This document shows, piece after piece, positions 1 to 12,300 of a stretch of 64,000 nt of DNA. The notes beneath the pieces were generated by a model. The model worked only from the letters and a program-made list of their open reading frames with translations, ran no database searches and was not told the DNA's origin. Positions within the stretch are counted from its first letter, which is position 1; each line of letters starts with the position of its first letter. The stretch comes from the human T2T-CHM13v2.0 reference genome, Homo sapiens: NCBI RefSeq assembly GCF_009914755.1, contig NC_060948.1; one strand, given 5' to 3'. The translations under genes and the position numbers were made by a program.

Positions 1-444
1 GAATTTAATGGAACAGAGTGGATTGGAGTGGACTGGAGTGGAATGGAAAGGGAAGGAATGGGATTGAAAGGAGTGGCGTGCAGTGGAGTGGAGTGGCATG
101 GAGTGGAGTGGAGTGGAATGGAGTGGAATGGAATGGAGTGGAATGGAGTGGATTGGAATGGAATGGAGTGCAGAGGAATGGAATGGAATGGTATAGAGTG
201 GACAGGAATGGAGTGGAGTGGATTGGAATGGAATGGAATGTAAGGGAATGGAACTGAATGGACTGGAATGGAATGGAGTAGAATGGAATCACAGGGAATC
301 AAATTGGATTGAATCGAATCGAATGGAGAAAATGAAATCAAATGAAATTGAATGGAATCGAATTGAATGTAAACAATGGAATCCAATGGAGTCAAATGGA
401 ATCGAATCAAATGGTTTTGAATGGCATCAAATGAAATGGCATGG

Positions 445-3327
445 AAGGCAGTGAATTGGAGTGGAGTGGAATAGAGAGGAATGAATTGGAATGGAGTGTA
501 GTGGAATGGAGTGGATTGGATTGGAATGGAATGGAATAGATTGGATTGGAGTGGTGCAGAGTGGAGTGGACTGGAGTGCAGAGGAATGGAGTGGAGTGAA
601 GTCCAGTTGAGTGGAATGGAATGGAGTGGAGCAGAGTGGAATTCAAAAGAATGAAGTGGATTGGTATGGAATGGAATGGCGTGGAATGGCGTGGAATAGA
701 ATGGAATGGAATCGCATGGAATGATATGAAATCAAATCGAATTGAACGGAAAATTATGAATCCAATGGAATCGAAAGGATTCTAAAGGAATGGATTCGAA
801 AGGCATTGAATGGAATGGAAAGGAATGCAGTGAAGTGGAGTGGAGTGGAGTGGAATGTTTTAGAGTGAACTGGGGTGGATTGGAACTCTATGGCGGGGAG
901 TGGAGTGAAGTGGATTGGAGTGGAATGGAGCGCAATGGACTGGAGTGGAGTGGAATGGATTGGAGTGGAGTGGAGTGCATCGGAGTGGAGTGCTGTGGAG
1001 TGGACTAGAGTGGGGTGGAGTGGAGTGCATTGGAGTGGAATGGAACGGAGTGGGGTGGAATGGAATGGAATGGAATCAAATCGCATGGTAATGAATCAAA
1101 TGGAATCAAATCGAATGGAAATAATGGAATCGAAGGGAAACGAATGGAATCGAATTGCACTGATTCTACTGACTTCGAGGAAAATGAAATGAAATGCGGT
1201 GAAGTGGAATGGAGGGAATGTATTAGGGTGGAATGGAATTGAATGGTGTGGAGTGGAGTGGAGTGCCCAGGAGTGGAATGGGAAGAAATGGAATTGAACG
1301 GAGTGGAGTGGAGTGGAATGGGGGATAATGGAGTGGAGTAGAGTGGAGTGGAGTAGAGTGGAATGGGTTGGAGTGTAATGCAGAGTACAGGAGTGGAGTG
1401 CGGTGGACTGGAGTGGAGTGGAGTTGAGTGGAGTGGATTGGATTGAAATAGAGCGGAGCAGAGTGGAATGGAATTGAATCACATGGTATTGAATCAAATC
1501 GAATGGAATTAAATCGAATCAAAAAATGGAATCAAAAGCAAACGAATGGAGTCAAACCTCATTGGTTAAACTGACATCGAAAAATATCAAATGAAATGTG
1601 GTGAAGTGGAGTGGAGTGTAATGAAATGGGGTGGAATGAAATTGAATGGAGTGGAGTGGATTGGAGTCTACTGGAGTGGAATGGAACGGAATGTAAAGGA
1701 ATGGAATAGAATGCAGTGAAGTGCAGTGTAGTGAAATGGAGTGGAAAGGAATGGAATGGAATGGAATGGAATGGAATGGAATGGAATGGAACGGAATCAA
1801 ATGGCATCGAAGTGAATCGAATCTAATGAAATTGATTGGAAAAAACGGAATGGAGTAGAATCGAATAAGATGGATTCAAAGGCAACAAATAGAATTGAAT
1901 GGAATGCGGTGAGGTGGAGGGCATTGGAATGGAGTTGAATGGAATGGGGTATAATTGAATTGAATGGCGTGGAGTGGATTGTAGTGGACTGGAGTGGAAT
2001 GGAACGGAATGGGCAGGAATGGAATTGAAAGGGGTGAATTAGAATTGAGTGCTGTGGATTGGAGTAGACTGCATTCTAGTGGATTGGAGTGCAAAGAAGT
2101 GGAGTGGAATGGAATGGAATGCAATGGAGTTGAGTGGAATGGAATGGAGTGGAGTAGAATGGAATTTAATGGAGTGGAGTGGAATTGAGTGGAATGGAGA
2201 GTAATGGAGTGGAGTGGACTGGAGCGAAGTGGAGTGTAGTGCATTGGACTGTAGGGGATTGAAGTGGCTTGGAGTGCAATGGAGTGGAGTGGAATGGAAT
2301 GTAATGGAATGGAATGGAATGGAGTGGAATGGAGTGGAATGGAATCGAATCACATGGAACTGAATCAAATCGAATTGAATGAAATTGAATGGAAAAAATG
2401 GAATGAAATCTAATCAAATCGAATGGATTCGAATGACATTGAATGGAATCGAAAGGAATGCAGTGAGGTGGAGTTGAGTGGAGTGGAGTGGAATGGAATG
2501 GGATGAATGGAATTGACTGGAGAGGAGTGGAATGGAATGGAATGGAAAGGAATGGAATTGAACGAAATGGAGTGTAGTAGAATGTAGTGGATTGGAGTGG
2601 AGTGCAGGGGAGTGCAGTGGAATGAAGAGGAGTGTAGTTGAATGGAATGGAATGGTATGGAACGTACTGGAATGGAATGGATAAGAATGGAATGGAATGG
2701 AATCGCATGGAATTGAATAGAATGAAATCGAATTGAATAGAATCAAATGGAAAAAATGGAGGCAAATGGAATCGAATGTCATAGAATCGAACGGTTTTGA
2801 ATGTCAGTGAATGGAAACGAATGGAATGCGATGAAGTGGAGCGGAGTGGAGTGGAAAGGAGTGCAATGGAATAGGGTGGAACAGAATTTAATGGAACAGA
2901 GTGGATTGGAGTGGACTGGAGTGGAATGGAAAGGGAAGGAATGGGATTGAAAGGAGTGGCGTGCAGTGGAGTGGAGTGGCATGGAGTGGAGTGGAGTGGA
3001 ATGGAGTGGAATGGAATGGAGTGGAATGGAGTGGATTGGAATGGAATGGAGTGCAGAGGAATGGAATGGAATGGTATAGAGTGGACAGGAATGGAGTGGA
3101 GTGGATTGGAATGGAATGGAATGTAAGGGAATGGAACTGAATGGACTGGAATGGAATGGAATAGAATGGAATCGCAGGGAATCAAATTGGATTGAATCGA
3201 ATCGAATGGAGAAAATGAAATCAAATGAAATTGAATGGAATCAAAATGAATGTAAACAATGGAATCCAATGGAGTCAAATGGAATCGAATCAAATGGTTT
3301 TGAATGGCATCAAATGAAATGGCATGG
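445..3327 (+). repeat. Seven diverged sub-monomers within one family A unit (example copy)
   Basis: A boundary motif AATGYRGTGARGTGG, or a close variant, lies at 445, 824, 1193, 1595, 1903, 2457, 2825, then 3328 (spacings 379, 369, 402, 308, 554, 368, 503; sum 2883). Each is preceded by a GAATCGAAT/GAATCAAAT-rich block. Confidence 0.85.
1748..1787 (+). repeat. Perfect (GGAAT)8 microsatellite tract; length varies among A units
   Basis: Copy numbers counted at this site in A units 1-9 are 8, 5, 7, 6, 4, 4, 4, 4, 7. Confidence 0.85.
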
Positions 3328-6300
3328 AAGGCAGTGAATTGGAGTGGAGTGGAATAGAGAGGAATGAATTGGAATGGAGTGTAGTGGAATGGAGTGGATT
3401 GGATTGGAATGGAATGGAATAGATTGGATTGGAGTGGTGCAGAGTGGAGTGGACTGGAGTGCAGAGGAATGGAGTGGAGTGAAGTCCAGTTGAGTGGAAT
3501 GGAATGGAGTGGAGCAGAGTGGAATTCAAAAGAATGAAGTGGATTGGTATGGAATGGAATGGCGTGGAATGGCGTGGAATAGAATGGAATGGAATCGCAT
3601 GGAATGATATGAAATCAAATCGAATTGAACGGAAAATTATGAATCCAATGGAATCGAAAGGATTCTAAAGGAATGGATTCGAAAGGCATTGAATGGAATG
3701 GAAAGGAATGCAGTGAAGTGGAGTGGAGTGGAGTGGAATGTTTTAGAGTGAACTGGGGTGGATTGGAACTCTATGGCGGGTAGTGGAGTGAAGTGGATTG
3801 GAGAGGAATGGAGCGCAATGGACTGGAGTGGAGTGGAATGGATTGGAGTGGAGTGGAGTGGATCGGAGTGGAGTGCTGTGGAGTGGACTAGAGTGGGGTG
3901 GAGTGGAGTGCATTGGAGTGGAATGGAACGGAGTGGGGTGGAATGGAATGGAATGGAATCAAATCGCATGGTAATGAATCAAATGGAATCAAATCGAATG
4001 GAAATAATGGAATCGAAGGGAAACGAATGGAATCGAATTGCACTGATTCTACTGACTTCGAGGAAAATGAAATGAAATGCGGTGAAGTGGAATGGAGGGA
4101 ATGTATTAGGGTGGAATGGAATTGAATGGTGTGGAGTGGAGTGGAGTGCCCAGGAGTGGAATGGGAAGAAATGGAATTGAACGGAGTGGAGTGCAGTGGA
4201 ATGGGGGATAATGGAGTGGAGTAGAGTGGAGTGGAGTAGAGTGGAATGGGTTGGAGTGTAATGCAGAGTACAGGAGTGGAGTGCGGTGGACTGGAGTGGA
4301 GTGGAGTTGAGTGGAGTGGATTGGATTGAAATAGAGCGGAGCAGAGTGGAATGGAATTGAATCACATGGTATTGAATCAAATCGAATGGAATTAAATCGA
4401 ATGAAAAAATGGAATCAAAAGCAAACGAATGGAGTCAAACCTCATTGGTTAAACTGACATCGAAAAATATCAAATGAAATGTGGTGAAGTGGAGTGGAGT
4501 GTAATGAAATGGGGTGGAATGAAATTGAATGGAGTGGAGTGGATTGGAGTCTACTGCAGTGGAATGGAACGGAATGTAAAGGAATGGAATAGAATGCAAT
4601 GAAGTGCAGTGCAGTGAAATGGAGTGGAAAGGAATGGAATGGAATGGAATGGAATGGAACGGAATCAAATGGTATCGAAGTGAATCGAATCTAATGAAAT
4701 TGATCGGAAAAAATGGAATGGAGTAGAATCGAATAAGATGGATTCAAAGGCAACAAATAGAATTGAATGGAATGCGGTGAGGTGGAGGGCATTGGAATGG
4801 AGTTGAATGGAATGGGGTATAATTGAATTGAATGGAGTGGAGTGGATTGTAGTGAACTGGAGTGGAATGGAACGGAATGGGCAGGAATGGAATTGAAAGG
4901 GGTGAATTGGAATTGAGTGCTGTGGATTGGAGTAGACTGCATTCTAGTGGATTGGAGTGGAAAGAAGTGGAGTGGAATGGAATGGAATGCAATGGAGTGG
5001 AGTGGAATGGAATGGAGTGGAGTAGAATGGAATTTAATGGAGTGGAGTGGAATTGAGTGGAATGGAGAGTAATGGAGTGGAGTGGACTGGAGCGAAGTGG
5101 AGTGTAGTGCATTGGACTGTAGGGGATTGAAGTGGCTTGGAGTGCAATGGAGTGGAGTGGAATGGAATGTAATGGAATGGAATGGAATGGAGTGGAATGG
5201 AGTGGAATGGAATCGAATAACATGGAACTGAATCAAATCGAATTGAATGAAATTGAATGGAAAAATTGAATGAAATGGAATCAAATCGAATGGATTCGAA
5301 TGACATTGAATGGAATCGAAAGGAATGCAGTGAGGTGGAGTTGAGTGGAGTGGAGTGGAATGGAATGGGATGAATGGAATTGACTGGAGAGGAGTGGAAT
5401 GGAATGGAATGGAAAGGAATGGAATTGAACGAAATGGAGTGTAGTAGAATGTAGTGGATTGGAGTGGAGTGCAGGGGAGTGCAGTGGAATGAAGAGGAGT
5501 GTAGTCGAATGGAATGGAATGGTATGGAACGTACTGGAATGGAATGGATAAGAATGGAATGGAATGGAATCGCATGGAATTGAATAGAATGAAATCGAAT
5601 TGAATAGAATCAAATGGAAAAAATGGAGGCAAATGGAATCGAATGTCATAGAATCGAACGGTTTTGAATGTCAGTGAATGGAAACGAATGGAATGCGATG
5701 AAGTGGAGCAGAGTGGAGTGGAAAGGAGTGCAATGGAATAGGGTGGAACAGAATTTAATGGAACAGAGTGGATTGGAGTGGACTGGAGTGGAATGGAAAG
5801 GGAAGGAATGGGATTGAAAGGAGTGGCGTGCAGTGGAGTGGAGTGGCATGGAGTGGAGTGGAGTGGAATGGAGTGGAATGGAATGGAGTGGAATGGAGTG
5901 GATTGGAATGGAATGGAGTGCAGAGGAATGGAATGGAATGGTATAGAGTGGACAGGAATGGAGTGGAGTGGATTGGAATGGAATGGAATGTAAGGGAATG
6001 GAACTGAATGGACTGGAATGGAATGGAATAGAATGGAATCGCAGGGAATCAAATTGGATTGAATCGAATCGAATGGAGAAAATGAAATCAAATGAAATTG
6101 AATGGAATCGAATTGAATGTAAACAATGGAATCCAATGGAGTCAAATGGAATCGAATCAAATGGTTTTGAATGGCATCAAATGAAATGGCATGGAAGGCA
6201 GTGAATTGGAGTGGAGTGGAATAGAGAGGAATGAATTGGAATGGAGTGTAGTGGAATGGAGTGGATTCCAATGGATTGGAGTGGATTGGATTGGAATGGA

Positions 6301-9300
6301 ATGGAATAGATTGGATTGGAGTGGTGCAGAGTGGAGTGGACTGGAGTGCAGAGGAATGGAGTGGAGTGAAGTCCAGTTGAGTGGAATGGAATGGAGTGGA
6401 GCAGAGTGGAATTCAAAAGAATGAAGTGGATTGGTATGGAATGGAATGGCGTGGAATGGCGTGGAATAGAATGGAATGGAATCGCATGGAATGATATGAA
6501 ATCAAATCGAATTGAACGGAAAATTATGAATCCAATGGAATCGAAAGGATTCTAAAGGAATGGATTCGAAAGGCATTGAATGGAATGGAAAGGAATGCAG
6601 TGAAGTGGAGTGGAGTGGAGTGGAATGTTTTAGAGTGAACTGGGGTGGATTGGAACTCTATGGCGGGGAGTGGAGTGAAGTGGATTGGAGTGGAATGGAG
6701 TGCAATGGACTGGAGTGGAGTGGAATGGATTGGAGTGGAGTGGAGTGGATCGGAGTGGAGTGCTGTGGAGTGGACTAGAGTGGGGTGGAGTGGAGTGCAT
6801 TGGAGTGGAATGGAACGGAGTGGGGTGGAATGGAATGGAATGGAATCAAATCGCATGGTAATGAATCAAATGGAATCAAATCGAATGGAAATAATGGAAT
6901 CGAAGGGAAATGAATGGAATCGAATTGCACTGATTCTACTGACTTCGAGGAAAATGAAATGAAATGCGGTGAAGTGGAATGGAGGGAATGTATTAGGGTG
7001 GAATGGAATTGAATGGTGTGGAGTGGAGTGGAGTGCCCAGGAGTGGAATGGGAAGAAATGGAATTGAACGGAGTGGAGTGGAGTGGAATGGGGGATAATG
7101 GAGTGGAGTAGAGTGGAGTGGAGTAGAGTGGAATGGGTTGGAGTGTAATGCAGAGTACAGGAGTGGAGTGCGGTGGACTGGAGTGGAGTGGAGTTGAGTG
7201 GAGTGGATTGGATTGAAATAGAGCGGAGCAGAGTGGAATGGAATTGAATCACATGGTATTGAATCAAATCGAATGGAATTAAATCGAATGAAAAAATGGA
7301 ATCAAAAGCAAACGAATGGAGTCAAACCTCATTGGTTAAACTGACATCGAAAAATATCAAATGAAATGTGGTGAAGTGGAGTGGAGTGTAATGAAATGGG
7401 GTGGAATGAAATTGAATGGAGTGGAGTGGATTGGAGTCTACTGGAGTGGAATGGAACGGAATGCAAAGGAATGGAATAGAATGCAGTGAAGTGCAGTGCA
7501 GTGAAATGGAGTGGAAAGGAATGGAATGGAATGGAATGGAATGGAATGGAATGGAACGGAATCAAATGGTATCGAAGTGAATCGAATCTAATGAAATTGA
7601 TCGGAAAAAATGGAATGGAGTAGAATCGAATAAGATGGATTCAAAGGCAACAAATAGAATTGAATGGAATGCGGTGAGGTTGAGGGCATTGGAATGGAGT
7701 TGAATGGAATGGGGTATAATTGAATTGAATGGAGTGGAGTGGATTGTAGTGGACTGGAGTGGAATGGAAAGGAATTGGCAGGAATGGAATTGAAATGGGT
7801 GAATTGGAATTGAGTGCTGTGGATTGGAGTAGACTGCATTCTAGTGGATTGGAGTGGAAAGAAGTGGAGTGGAATGGAATGGAATGCAATGGAGTGGAGT
7901 GGAATGGAATGGAGTGGAGTAGAATGGAATTTAATGGAGTGGAGTGGAATTGAGTGGAATGGAGAGTAATGGAGTGGAGTGGACTGGAGCGAAGTGGAGT
8001 GTAGTGCATTGGACTGTAGGGGATTGAAGTGGCTTGCAGTGCAATGGAGTGGAGTGGAATGGAATGTAATGGAATGGAATGGAATGGAATGGAATGGAGT
8101 GGAATGGAATCGAATCACATGGAACTGAATCAAATCGAATTGAATGAAATTGAAAGGAAAAAATGGAATGAAATGGAATCAAATCGAATGGATTCGAATG
8201 ACATTGAATGGAATCGAAAGGAATGCAGTGAGGTGGAGTTGAGTGGAGTGGAGTGGAATGGAATGGGATGAATGGAATTGACTGGAGAGGAGTGGAATGG
8301 AATGGAATGGAAAGGAATGGAATTGAACGAAATGGAGTGTAGTAGAATGTAGTGGATTGGAGTGGAGTGCAGGGGAGTGCAGTGGAATGAAGAGGAGTGT
8401 AGTTGAATGGAATGGAATGGTATGGAACGTACTGGAATGGAATGGATAAGAATGGAATGGAATGGAATCGCATGGAATTGAATAGAATGAAATCGAATTG
8501 AATAGAATCAAATGGAAAAAATGGAGGCAAATGGAATCGAATGTCATAGAATCGAACGGTTTTGAATGTCAGTGAATGGAAACGAATGGAATGCGATGAA
8601 GTGGAGCGGAGTGGAGTGGAAAGGAGTGCAATGGAATAGGGTGGAACAGAATTTAATGGAACAGAGTGGATTGGAGTGGACTGGAGTGGAATGGAAAGGG
8701 AAGGAATGGGATTGAAAGGAGTGGCGTGCAGTGGAGTGGAGTGGCATGGAGTGGAGTGGAGTGGAATGGAGTGGAATGGAATGGAGTGGAATGGAGTGGA
8801 TTGGAATGGAATGGAGTGCAGAGGAATGGAATGGAATGGTATAGAGTGGACAGGAATGGAGTGGAGTTGATTGGAATGGAATGGAATGTAAGGGAATGGA
8901 ACTGAATGGACTGGAATGGAATGGAATAGAATGGAATCACAGGGAATCAAATTGGATTGAATCGAATCGAATGGAGAAAATGAAATCAAATGAAATTGAA
9001 TGGAATCGAATTGAATGTAAACAATGGAATCCAATGGAGTCAAATGGAATCGAATCAAATGGTTTTGAATGGCATCAAATGAAATGGCATGGAAGGCAGT
9101 AAATTGGAGTGGAGTGGAATAGAGAGGAATGAATTGGAATGGAGTGTAGTGGAATGGAGTGGATTGGATTGGAATGGAATGGAATAGATTGGATTGGAGT
9201 GGTGCAGAGTGGAGTGGACTGGAGTGCAGAGGAATGGAGTGGAGTGAAGTCCAGTTGAGTGGAATGGAATGGAGTGGAGCAGAGTGGAATTCAAAAGAAT

Positions 9301-12300
9301 GAAGTGGATTGGTATGGAATGGAATGGCGTGGAATGGCGTGGAATAGAATGGAATGGAATCGCATGGAATGATATGAAATCAAATCGAATTGAACGGAAA
9401 ATTATGAATCCAATGGAATCGAAAGGATTCTAAAGGAATGGATTCGAAAGGCATTGAATGGAATGGAAAGGAATGCAGTGAAGTGGAGTGGAGTGGAGGG
9501 GAATGTTTTAGAGTGAACTGGGGTGGATTGGAACTCTATGGCGGGGAGTGGAGTGAAGTGGATTGGAGTGGAATGGAGCGCAATGGACTGGAGTGGAGTG
9601 GAATGGATTGGAGTGGAGTGGAGTGGATCGGAGTGGAGTGCAGTGGAGTAGACTAGAGTGGGGTGGAGTGGAGTGCATTGGAGTGGAATGGAACGGAGTG
9701 GGGTGGAATGGAATGGAATGGAATCAAATCGCATGGTAATGAATCAAATGGAATCAAATCGAATGGAAATAATGGAATCGAAGGGAAACGAATGGAATCG
9801 AATTGCACTGATTCTACTGACTTCGAGGAAAATGAAATGAAATGCGGTGAAGTGGAATGGAGGGAATGTATTAGGGTGGAATGGAATTGAATGGTGTGGA
9901 GTGGAGTGGAGTGCCCAGGAGTGGAATGGGAAGAAATGGAATTGAACGGAGTGGAGTGGAGTGGAATGGGGGATAATGGAGTGGAGTAGAGTGGAGTGGA
10001 GTAGAGTGGAATGGGTTGGAGTGTAATGCAGAGTACAGGAGTGGAGTGCGGTGGACTGGAGTGGAGTGGAGTTGAGTGGAGTGGATTGGATTGAAATAGA
10101 GCGGAGCAGAGTGGAATGGAATTGAATCACATGGTATTGAATCAAATCGAATGGAATTAAATCGAATGAAAAAATGGAATCAAAAGCAAACGAATGGAGT
10201 CAAACCTCATTGGTTAAACTGACATCGAAAAATATCAAATGAAATGTGGTGAAGTGGAGTGGAGTGTAATGAAATGGGGTGGAATGAAATTGAATGGAGT
10301 GGAGTGGATTGGAGTCTACTGGAGTGGAATGGAACGGAATGCAAAGGAATGGAATAGAATGCAGTGAAGTGCAGTGCAGTGAAATGGAGTGGAAAGGAAT
10401 GGAATGGAATGGAATGGAATGGAATGGAACGGAATCAAATGGTATCGAAGTGAATCGAATCTAATGAAATTTATCAGAAAAAATGGAATGGAGTAGAATC
10501 GAATAAGATGGATTCAAAGGCAACAAATAGAATTGAATGGAATGCGGTGAGGTGGAGGGCATTGGAATGGAGTTGAATGGAATGGGGTATAATTGAATTG
10601 AATGGAGTGGATTGGATTGTAGTGGACTGGAGTGGAATGGAACGGAATGGACAGGAATGGAATTGAAAGGGGTGAATTGGAATTGAGTGCTGTGGATTGG
10701 AGTAGACTGCATTCTAGTGGATTGGTGTTGAAAGAAGTGGAGTGCAATGGAATGGAATGCAATGGAGTGGAGTGGAATGGAATGGAGTGGAGTAGAATGG
10801 AATTTAATGGAGTGGAGTGGAATTGAGTGGAATGGAGAGTAATGGAGTGGAGTGGACTGGAGCGAAGTGGAGTGTAGTGCATTGGACTGTAGGGGATTGA
10901 AGTGGCTTGGAGTGCAATGGAGTGGAGTGTAATGGAATGGAATGTAATGGAATGGAATGGAATGGAATGGAGTGGAATGGAATCGAATCACATGGAACTG
11001 AATCAAATCGAATTGAATGAAATTGAGTGGAAAAAATGGAATGAAATGGAATCAAATCGAATGGATTCGAATGACATTGAATGGAATCGAAAGGAATGCA
11101 GTGAGGTGGAGTTGAGTGGAGTGGAGTGGAATGGAATGGGATGAATGGAATTGACTGGAGAGGAGTGGAATGGAATGGAATGGAAAGGAATGGAATTGAA
11201 CGAAATGGAGTGTAGTAGAATGTAGTGGATTGGAGTGGAGTGCAGGGGAGTGCAGTGGAATGAAGAGGAGTGTAGTTGAATGGAATGGAATGGTATGGAA
11301 CGTACTGGAATGGAATGGATAAGAATGGAATGGAATGGAATCGCATGGAATTGAATAGAATGAAATCGAATTGAATAGAATCAAATGGAAAAAATGGAGG
11401 CAAATGGAATCGAATGTCATAGAATCGAACGGTTTTGAATGTCAGTGAAAGGAAACGAATGGAATGCGATGAAGTGGAGCGGACTGGAGTGGAAAGGAGT
11501 GCAATGGAATAGGGTGGAACAGAATTTAATGGAACAGAGTGGATTGGAGTGGACTGGAGTGGAATGGAAAGGGAAAGAATGGGATTGAAAGGAGTGGCGT
11601 GCAGTGGAGTGGAGTGGCATGGAGTGGAGTGGAGTGGAATGGAGTGGAATGGAATGGAGTGGAATGGAGTGGATTGGAATGGAATGGAGTGCAGAGGAAT
11701 GGAATGGAATGGTATAGAGTGGACAGGAATGGAGTGGAGTGGATTGGAATGGAATGGAATGTAAGGGAATGGAACTGAATGGACTGGAATGGAATGGAAT
11801 AGAATGGAATCACAGGGAATCAAATTGGATTGAATCGAATCGAATGGAGAAAATGAAATCAAATGAAATTGAATGGAATCGAATTGAATGTAAACAATGG
11901 AATCCAATGGAGTCAAATGGAATCGAATCAAATGGTTTTGAATGGCATCAAATGAAATGGCATGGAAGGCAGTGAATTGGAGTGGAGTGGAATAGAGAGG
12001 AATGAATTGGAATGGAGTGTAGTGGAATGGAGTGGATTGGATTGGAATGGAATGGAATAGATTGGATTGGAGTGGTGCAGAGTGGAGTGGACTGGAGTGC
12101 AGAGGAATGGAGTGGAGTGAAGTCCAGTTGAGTGGAATGGAATGGAGTGGAGCAGAGTGGAATTCAAAAGAATGAAGTGGATTGGTATGGAATGGAATGG
12201 CGTGGAATGGCGTGGAATAGAATGGAATGGAATCGCATGGAATGATATGAAATCAAATCGAATTGAACGGAAAATTATGACTCCAATGGAATCGAAAGGA

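Noticed and set aside
770-812. Canonical heat-shock elements near GAA/TTC words (GGATTCTAAAGGAATGGATTCGAA)
   Set aside because: The spacing does not form three alternating nGAAn/nTTCn units.
1155-1185. Non-pentameric-looking words (TGCACTGATTCTACTGACTTCG; CTCATTGGTTAAACTGACATCG) as possible insertions or transposon remnants
   Set aside because: They are short, occupy the position of the GGATTCGAATG part of the CpG block, and have no TSDs, TIRs or poly-A. They are best read as diverged satellite.
285-2840. Alternating conserved blocks and tracts resembling a CRISPR repeat-spacer array
   Set aside because: There is no identical 23-50 bp direct repeat with unique spacers. The intervening DNA is itself satellite and recurs every unit, and there are no cas-like ORFs.
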